Positions 57,389-64,000 of a stretch of DNA of 64,000 bases are shown piece after piece; position 1 is the stretch's first letter, and each line of letters begins with the position of its first letter. This DNA comes from Azospirillum brasilense (GTDB lineage: Bacteria > Pseudomonadota > Alphaproteobacteria > Rickettsiales > UBA3002), in NCBI GenBank assembly GCA_003241645.1, contig QFOX01000009.1:2534-66533 (forward strand). The letters run 5' to 3'. The position numbers and the translations under genes are program-made. The notes beneath the pieces are model-generated. The model was given only the letters and a program-made list of their open reading frames with translations, did not search any database and was not told where the DNA came from.

Positions 57389-58180
57389 ATGAAACCCGCG
57401 AAGCTCTTGCTTGCCCTTTCCCCCATGCTGCTCACCGGCTGCGTTGCCGCCGCGGTGGGGGCCGGCACCGAAGCGGGCGTGTCGCTTGCTGAAGAGCGCT
57501 CCGTCGGCCGCAAGGTGGATGACATCACGATCTATACCGACATCAACCGCCTGTTCATCAAGGAAGGCACGAACGAGCTGTTCGCCGACGTGACCATCGA
57601 CGTGCGGCATGCCCGCGTGCTGCTCACCGGTAACGTGAAGAGCGACGGTGCCGCCCAGCGTGCGGTCGAGCTGGCGTGGAAAGCCCGCGGCGTGGAAGAG
57701 GTCATCAACGAACTGGTGGTGGGCACCAACGCCAGCTGGGGCGACGCCGCGCAGGATGCCGTGGTGAAGAAGAATCTCGAAGCGCGCCTGCTGGTGACCA
57801 AGCATGTATGGGTCATCAACTACTCGATCAACGTGGTCAACGGCACCACCTACCTGCTGGGCCGCGTGGCCGATCAGGCCGAGCTGAACCGCGTACTGAA
57901 CGTCACGCGCACCACCCGCGGCGTGAAGCGCGTGGTGAACTACCTGCAGATCCGCCCGCAGGATGATGCGGCCGTGCCCGCCAACACCGGCAGCTACGCC
58001 ACCCCGTCTTCCAGCAGCAGCTACTCGGCCCCGGCCAGCAGCGCCAGCAGCTACAGCGCCCCCGCAGCTGCGCCCGCGCCAGTAGCCAGCCCCGCCCCCA
58101 TCAGCAGCGGCGGCATGGGTAGCGACGGCTACGCCGCGCCGGAACTCATCCAGTCCAGCCCGCTGCCGGCAGCACAGTAA
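57389..58180 (+). CDS. BON-domain lipoprotein (OsmY/DolP-like) with a Ser/Ala/Pro-rich C-terminal tail
   Basis: Lipobox LLTGC. There are two BON-like segments (DVTIDVRHARVLLTGNV..., INVVNGTTYLLGRV...). The tail is SSSSYSAPASSASSYSAPAAAPAPVASPAP. Confidence 0.75.
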   Translation: MKPAKLLLALSPMLLTGCVAAAVGAGTEAGVSLAEERSVGRKVDDITIYTDINRLFIKEGTNELFADVTIDVRHARVLLTGNVKSDGAAQRAVELAWKARGVEEVINELVVGTNASWGDAAQDAVVKKNLEARLLVTKHVWVINYSINVVNGTTYLLGRVADQAELNRVLNVTRTTRGVKRVVNYLQIRPQDDAAVPANTGSYATPSSSSSYSAPASSASSYSAPAAAPAPVASPAPISSGGMGSDGYAAPELIQSSPLPAAQ

Positions 58181-59100
58181 TGAAGGTCGCCTTCCAGATG
58201 GACCATCCATCGCGGCTGAACCTGCCGATGGATACGACCATCATGCTTATCGAAGAAGCGCAGAAGCGCGGCATGCAATGTTACATGTACGAGCCGCACC
58301 AGCTCAGCTGGCGCGCAGGCGTTGCGCTGGCACGCATGCAGCCGCTGCAACTGGCCTACGAGGACGGGCAGCTGCGCTGCACGCTGGGTGAGGCGAGCCT
58401 GCAACCGCTGGCCAGCATGCATGCGGTGTGGATGCGGCAGGACCCGCCCTTCGACATGCACTACATCACCGCCACGCATTTGCTGGAGCATGCGGGCACG
58501 CGCGTGTTCAACGACCCCGTCGGCGTGCGCAACGCGCCGGAGAAACTCGCCGCCCTGCATTTGCAGGATTGCATGCCCCCCACGCTGGTGAGCAACGACG
58601 TGGACATGGTGCATGATTTTGCCGCGCAGCATGGGCAGGTCGTGGCCAAGCCGCTGCACGGCTATGGCGGGCGCAGCGTGTATAAATTCCGCGCGGGCGA
58701 CGCCAACATCGACACGCTGCTGGAGCAGAACCGCGAAGCCGGTGGGCAGGCGCTGATGTGGCAGGCCTTCCTGCCCGAGGTCGCCACCGGCGACGTGCGC
58801 ATCCTGCTGGTGGAGGGCGAGATCGCCGCCATTTTCCAGCGCGAGCCGCAGGGCGAATCCATCCGTGCGAACATGCGCGTCGGCGGCATCGCCAAACCCA
58901 TCGAGGTGAATGACCGCCACCGCGCCATCTGCGCGCGCATTGCCCCCATGCTGAAAGCGCAGGGCTTAATGCTGGTAGGGCTTGATATGATCGGCGACTA
59001 CCTGACCGAGATCAACGTGACGTCACCCACCGGGCTACGTGCGGCGCAGCAGCTTTATGGCCTCAACATTGCGGCCGACATCTGGGATCGGATCGGCTGA
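58180..59100 (+). CDS. gshB: Glutathione synthetase (ATP-grasp)
   Basis: MKVAFQMDHPSRLNLPMDTTIMLIEEAQKRG...KPLHGYGGRSVYK...GDVRILLVEGE...NVTSPTG are prokaryotic GshB motifs. The ATG overlaps the upstream stop (TAATG). Confidence 0.92.
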   Translation: MKVAFQMDHPSRLNLPMDTTIMLIEEAQKRGMQCYMYEPHQLSWRAGVALARMQPLQLAYEDGQLRCTLGEASLQPLASMHAVWMRQDPPFDMHYITATHLLEHAGTRVFNDPVGVRNAPEKLAALHLQDCMPPTLVSNDVDMVHDFAAQHGQVVAKPLHGYGGRSVYKFRAGDANIDTLLEQNREAGGQALMWQAFLPEVATGDVRILLVEGEIAAIFQREPQGESIRANMRVGGIAKPIEVNDRHRAICARIAPMLKAQGLMLVGLDMIGDYLTEINVTSPTGLRAAQQLYGLNIAADIWDRIG

Positions 59101-59179
59101 TTCCATGCCGCGCTGCACAAGCTTTTTTTCTTTCACTTTCATGCGGGCTGGCTAAACAGGCTGCAGGAGAACATGCATC

Positions 59180-62100
59180 ATGAACGCGAAATCCACCACG
59201 GCTTATTCCACCCTGCACCAATCGCTGATCGATGCCATCCTCGGCACCGCAAAAGCGAAGAAGCTCAGCGCTTCGCAACGGGGGTTCGCCCAGCAGTTCT
59301 ATGCCCTCACCACCGTGAGCGACCTTGAAGAGATCGAGCCCGCTTCGGCCGCGAACATCGCCATCAATTACGAAGCCTTTGCCAGCGTGCGCAAAGCCGG
59401 TGCGCCGAAGCTTTCGGTCACCGTTGGCAAATCGCCGTTCAGCGGGCGGCTGCGCACGGTCATCATGGCCGTGAACGACGACATGCCCTTCCTGGTGGAT
59501 TCGCTCTCGGGCCTGATCAACGCGCAGGGCCTGACCATCTACCGCGTGCTGCACCCCATCCTTGCCGTGAAGCGCGATGCTAAAGGCAAGCTCACCGGCT
59601 TCGAGCGCCCCGACACCGCGCCCGCCAGCTGGGCGCGCGAATCGATGATCTACATCGAATGCTCGCCACTGCCGGTGAACCTGACGCCGGATGACCTGAT
59701 GGAGCATATGCAGAGCGCGTTCCAGCACGTGGCCTACGCCGTGGCCGACTGGAAGCCCATGCAGGCGCGCATGCAGCATTTGATCGGCGACTATGCCAGC
59801 GCCAGCAAAGGCAACAGCGCCGCCGACACGCGTGAGATCCACGACCTGCTCAGCTGGCTGGCCAGCAACCATTTCATCTTCCTCGGCCTTGCCGAATACG
59901 CACCGGACAGCAAAGGCACGCTGACACAGAAAAAAGGTGGCGCGCTGGGCGTCTATCGCCTGCCTGCCGAGCAGGACGATGCCATTGAATACGCCAACAC
60001 CCCCACCACGACGGATGCGATCAGCGTGCTGAAAGCCTCGCAGCTGAGCCGCGTGCACCGCCGCGTGCCAATGGATTACATCGTGCTCAAACGCACCGAC
60101 AGCAAAGGCAAACCTGCCGGGGAAACCCGCATCCTCGGCCTTTTCACCTCGACCGTTTACTACCGCGAGACCGACCAGATCCCGTTCATTCGCCGCAAGG
60201 CCGCCCGCGTCATGGCGCGTGCCGGGTTCAGCCCCAGCAGCCATTCCGGCAAAGCGCTGAAGACCACGCTGGAATTCCTGCCCCGCGACGAACTGTTCCA
60301 GATGGACGAGGAATCGCTGTTCCGCATGGCGATGCGCATCGTGTCGCTGGAAGCCAAGCCGCAGGTGCGCATCTTCATTCGCCGCGACGCGTTCGAACGC
60401 TTCATCAGCGCCATGGTCTATGTGCCGCGCGAGCAATTCTCCACCGCCGTGCGCGAAGAGATCGTGCGCGTGCTGGAAACCACGTATGCGGGCAAGTTCA
60501 CCGCCTTCTACACGCAGGTGACCGATTCGCCGCTGGCGCGCGTGACCATTCAAATTGAAACCACCCCCGGTGCCATTCCGCAGGTGGACGAGGACGCGCT
60601 GGAGCTCAAGATCATCGCGCTGGCCAGCCGCTGGAGCGACGCACTGCGCGACGCCATCATCCACCGCCTTGGCCACGATCAGGGCGAACAGCTGGCGCAG
60701 TCCTACGCGAACGCGTTCCCGCCCGCCTACATCAACACGCACAGCGCGCAGGCCGCCGCGTTCGATATTCGCCGCGTGCAGGAATGCGCCACCGGCGACG
60801 GGCTGGCGCTGGAGCTGTTCCGCGCCAAGGGCGACGCGGCCGACCAGCTGCACCTGAAATGCTACTCGCGCGATCTGAAGCTTGAGCTGTCGAACATCAT
60901 TCCGCTGCTCGAAAACATGGGCTGCACCGTGGTGGATGCGACGCCCTACATCGTCACCCCGCTGGCACCGCTGCCGCCGGTGCTGCTGCGCGACTTTACG
61001 CTGCGCGTGCCCAGCGCCGTGGAGATGGATATCGACGCGGCCAAAGCCCGCATCGAAGACGCGATCGAGCGCATCTGGCGTGCGCAGACCGATAACGACA
61101 CGCTGAACACCCTTATCTTCTCGGCCGGGCTTTCCGCGCGCGACGTGGAGATCCTGCGTGCCTATAGCCGCTACCTGCAGCAGCTGAACTTCCCCTACAG
61201 CCAGCCCTTCATTGCGCAGGCACTGGGCCAGCATGCCAGCATCGCACGCCAGCTGGTGCAGCTGTTCCATGCGCGCTTCAACCCCGCCACCAAGAAGCGC
61301 GACGAGCTGCAGCAATCGCTGAAGAACGACATTGAAACCGCGCTGGAGGCGGTGACCAACCTTGCCGAAGACCGCGTGATCCGCCGCATGCTGGCGCTCA
61401 TGTTCGCCAGCCTGCGCACCAACTTCTACCAGACCGACGCGGCGGGTAACGCCAAGCCGTACCTCTCCATCAAGATCCGCTCGCGCGAAGTGCCGGACAT
61501 GCCGTTGCCCGTGCCCTACGCCGAGATCTTCGTAACCTCGATGCGCATGGAAGGCATTCACCTGCGCGGTGGTGCGGTGGCGCGCGGCGGCCTTCGCTGG
61601 TCCGACCGGCCGGAGGATTTCCGCACCGAAGTGCTGGGGCTGGTGAAAGCACAAATGGTGAAGAACGCCGTGATCGTGCCGCAGGGCGCGAAGGGCGGTT
61701 TCATCCTGCGTCGCCCCCCGGCGGAGCGTGATGCGTTCATGGCCGAAGGCGTGGAATGCTACAAAATGTTCCTGCGCGGCCTGCTGGATATTACCGACAA
61801 CATCGTGACCGGCAAACTGGTGCCGCCCGCCAGCACCGTGCGCCATGACGGCGACGATCCCTACCTCGTGGTCGCGGCCGACAAGGGCACGGCCACTTTC
61901 TCCGACACCGCGAATGGTGTCGCCGCCGACTACCAGTTCTGGTTGGGCGACGCGTTCGCTTCCGGTGGTTCGGCGGGCTACGACCACAAAGCCATGGCCA
62001 TTACCGCGCGCGGCGGCTGGGTGTCGGTCGAGCGCCATTTCCGCGAAATGGGCAAAGACATCACGCATGAGCGCTTCACCGCCATTGGCGTGGGCGACAT

Positions 62101-63967
62101 GTCGGGCGACGTGTTCGGCAACGGCATGCTGCTTTCGAACACCATGCAGCTCGTCGCTGCCTTCAACCACCGCCATATCTTCGTGGACCCCACGCCGGAT
62201 GCGGCAAAAAGCTTTGCCGAGCGCCAGCGCCTGTTCGCGCTGCCGCGCAGCGGCTGGAACGATTACGACGCCAAGCTGATCAGCAAGGGCGGCGGCGTGT
62301 TCGAGCGCACCGCGAAATCCATTACCCTCACGCCGGAAATGCGCAGCGCGCTGGGCACCGACGCGACCAAAGCCACGCCGGACGAGCTGATGCGCATCAT
62401 CCTCAAAGCGCCGGTGGACCTGCTGTGGAATGGCGGCATCGGCACCTACGTGAAAGCCGCCAGCGAAACGCACGAGCAGGTGGGCGACCGCGCCAACAAC
62501 GCCGTGCGCGTGAACGGTGCGGAATTGCGCTGCAAGATCGTCGGCGAAGGGGGCAACCTTGGTTTCACCCAGCGCGGCCGTATCGAATACGCGCGCACCG
62601 GCGGGCGCATTAACACGGATGCGATCGATAACTCGGGCGGGGTGGATTGCTCCGACCATGAGGTGAACATCAAGATCGCCCTCAATGCCGCGCTGCAGGC
62701 GGGCAAGACCACCCGCGCCAAACGCGATGCGCTGCTGAAGAAAATGACCGACGAGGTGGCGCACCTCGTGCTCATCGACAACAAACTGCAAACGCAGGCG
62801 ATCTCGATTGCCGAGCTGCAGGGCACGGCCATTCTGGAGCCTGCCGAACAGCTCATTACCACGCTGGAGGGCACCGGCATCCTCAACCGCGAGGTCGAGT
62901 TCCTGCCGGATGCGCGCAGCTTCGGCGAGCTTCGCGCCAGCAAATCCGGCCTCACGCGCCCGGAAATCGCGGTGCTGCTGGCCTACGCCAAAATGTCGCT
63001 CTCGCTCGAGCTGAAGGAATCCACCCTGCTGGATGCACCCTATTTCGAGCAGGACCTGCTGCGCTACTTCCCCGATGCGATGGAGAAACCCTACATCGAG
63101 GATATTCGCCGCCACCGCCTGCGCCGCGAGATCGTGGCCACCATGATCACCAACTCCATCGTCAACCGCACGGGCTTCAGCTTCGCACACAGCCTGATGC
63201 GCGCGACCGGCCTTGGTGCCGGCGACATTGCACAGGCCTACGTGGCCACGCGCGATGCGTTCGCCCTGCGTGCGCTGTGGAAGGACATCGAAGCGCTGGA
63301 CGGCAAGGTGGATGCGGTGCTGCAATCGCGCCTGTTCTCCATGGTCAATGGCTTCATCGAACATAGCTGCCGCTGGTTCCTGCAGCATGTGCCGCAACCC
63401 ATGGACATGAACAAGGTCATGGGTGCGTATGCCGACGGCATCGCGCTGGTCGAGAAGAACGCCGAATCCTTCATGACCGACACGCTGCGCAAGGCCTACG
63501 ACAAAGGCACCGACCAACTGGTGATGCAGGGCGTGCCCAAAGCGGTCGCCACGCGCATCGCCAAGCTGGAGATCCTCGCCTCGGCGTGCGATATCATCGA
63601 CATCGCGCGCGAAACGAAACTGCCGATCGAACAGGTGGGCAAGCTCTACTTCGAGCTGGGCGCGGCCCTGCGCCTTGGCTGGCTACGCCGCAGCGCACAG
63701 GAACTGCAGGCCGAGAATTACTGGCAGCAACTGGCCATCAAATCGCTGGTGCAGGAGCTCTATCAGGCGCAACGCCGCTTCACGCACGAGATCATCGCGC
63801 GTTACGGCAAGCAGAAAGGCCATGCTGGCGAACATTGGGCGCAGGCGGCGGCCGGCCCCATGGCGCGCTACCAGACCTTCATCGAAGAGCTGCGCACGCA
63901 ACAAAGCCTCGATTACCCGATGCTTATTGTTGCCCTGCGTCAGGTGCAGTGGATCATCAGTCAGTAG
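59180..63967 (+). CDS. NAD-specific glutamate dehydrogenase, large (~180 kDa) class
   Basis: 1595-aa ORF with the characteristic large-GDH catalytic core (RGGLRWSDRPEDFRTEVLGLVKAQMVKNAVIVPQGAKGGF...GPDVYLVVAADKGTATFSD-like...GDMSGDVFGNGMLLS...NIDNSGGVDCSDHEVNIKI). Confidence 0.95.
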   Translation: MNAKSTTAYSTLHQSLIDAILGTAKAKKLSASQRGFAQQFYALTTVSDLEEIEPASAANIAINYEAFASVRKAGAPKLSVTVGKSPFSGRLRTVIMAVNDDMPFLVDSLSGLINAQGLTIYRVLHPILAVKRDAKGKLTGFERPDTAPASWARESMIYIECSPLPVNLTPDDLMEHMQSAFQHVAYAVADWKPMQARMQHLIGDYASASKGNSAADTREIHDLLSWLASNHFIFLGLAEYAPDSKGTLTQKKGGALGVYRLPAEQDDAIEYANTPTTTDAISVLKASQLSRVHRRVPMDYIVLKRTDSKGKPAGETRILGLFTSTVYYRETDQIPFIRRKAARVMARAGFSPSSHSGKALKTTLEFLPRDELFQMDEESLFRMAMRIVSLEAKPQVRIFIRRDAFERFISAMVYVPREQFSTAVREEIVRVLETTYAGKFTAFYTQVTDSPLARVTIQIETTPGAIPQVDEDALELKIIALASRWSDALRDAIIHRLGHDQGEQLAQSYANAFPPAYINTHSAQAAAFDIRRVQECATGDGLALELFRAKGDAADQLHLKCYSRDLKLELSNIIPLLENMGCTVVDATPYIVTPLAPLPPVLLRDFTLRVPSAVEMDIDAAKARIEDAIERIWRAQTDNDTLNTLIFSAGLSARDVEILRAYSRYLQQLNFPYSQPFIAQALGQHASIARQLVQLFHARFNPATKKRDELQQSLKNDIETALEAVTNLAEDRVIRRMLALMFASLRTNFYQTDAAGNAKPYLSIKIRSREVPDMPLPVPYAEIFVTSMRMEGIHLRGGAVARGGLRWSDRPEDFRTEVLGLVKAQMVKNAVIVPQGAKGGFILRRPPAERDAFMAEGVECYKMFLRGLLDITDNIVTGKLVPPASTVRHDGDDPYLVVAADKGTATFSDTANGVAADYQFWLGDAFASGGSAGYDHKAMAITARGGWVSVERHFREMGKDITHERFTAIGVGDMSGDVFGNGMLLSNTMQLVAAFNHRHIFVDPTPDAAKSFAERQRLFALPRSGWNDYDAKLISKGGGVFERTAKSITLTPEMRSALGTDATKATPDELMRIILKAPVDLLWNGGIGTYVKAASETHEQVGDRANNAVRVNGAELRCKIVGEGGNLGFTQRGRIEYARTGGRINTDAIDNSGGVDCSDHEVNIKIALNAALQAGKTTRAKRDALLKKMTDEVAHLVLIDNKLQTQAISIAELQGTAILEPAEQLITTLEGTGILNREVEFLPDARSFGELRASKSGLTRPEIAVLLAYAKMSLSLELKESTLLDAPYFEQDLLRYFPDAMEKPYIEDIRRHRLRREIVATMITNSIVNRTGFSFAHSLMRATGLGAGDIAQAYVATRDAFALRALWKDIEALDGKVDAVLQSRLFSMVNGFIEHSCRWFLQHVPQPMDMNKVMGAYADGIALVEKNAESFMTDTLRKAYDKGTDQLVMQGVPKAVATRIAKLEILASACDIIDIARETKLPIEQVGKLYFELGAALRLGWLRRSAQELQAENYWQQLAIKSLVQELYQAQRRFTHEIIARYGKQKGHAGEHWAQAAAGPMARYQTFIEELRTQQSLDYPMLIVALRQVQWIISQ

Positions 63968-64000
63968 CCCTGCGCTGCAGGACGATGCTTTAGATTGCTC

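Noticed and set aside
59063-63517. 1484-aa ORF on the minus strand, antisense to the NAD-glutamate dehydrogenase gene
   Set aside because: The plus-strand ORF carries the recognisable large-GDH catalytic motifs. The antisense frame is Arg/Gly/Ala/His-rich and low in complexity. Long stop-free antisense frames opposite this gene family are a well-known artefact in GC-rich genomes.

Overview
This is a high-GC, gene-dense chromosomal segment. I infer it is alphaproteobacterial from the circularly permuted two-piece tmRNA with an alpha-type SspB next to it, thyX, a ~1600-aa NAD-glutamate dehydrogenase, the serB<>miaA-ilvIH-ilvC block and the hflKC-degP block. Most of the window is housekeeping: ndk, mreBCD-mrdA-rodA, leuA, ilvIH/ilvC, miaA, serB, degP-hflKC, mrp, thyX, tadA, ettA, mlaAC, metF, rluB, rsmD, hemW, lpoA-like/rsmI/yraN/BON, gshB and the giant gdh.

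Several lineage-specific components are interleaved with it:
- Five paralogous ~250-265-aa prepilin-like proteins, all with Ala instead of Gly at the -1 cleavage position. Three form a tandem array behind metF.
- Two tandem TadE-TadE-TadG(VWA) pseudopilin cassettes directly downstream of rodA. No Flp pilin or Tad machinery is visible.
- Two paralogous, very divergent glutamine-synthetase/glutamate-cysteine-ligase-superfamily proteins that bracket one of the prepilin genes.
- A lone MotA/MotB-like stator pair.
- Several large orphan proteins (459, 694, 786 and 286 aa, plus a coupled 171/156-aa pair). They sit at positions that I recall as contiguous in other Alphaproteobacteria.
- Several families of small intergenic repeats. 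One is a three-hairpin structured element with a compensatory base-pair change between copies, and one partial copy of it lies inside the tmRNA intervening segment.

The tmRNA tag template appears internally duplicated, giving a predicted 22-aa tag. I found no rRNA, tRNA, CRISPR array, transposase or integrase. All calls come from reading the translated ORFs and the DNA by eye. RNA ends, promoters and start codons are approximate, and no database search was run.
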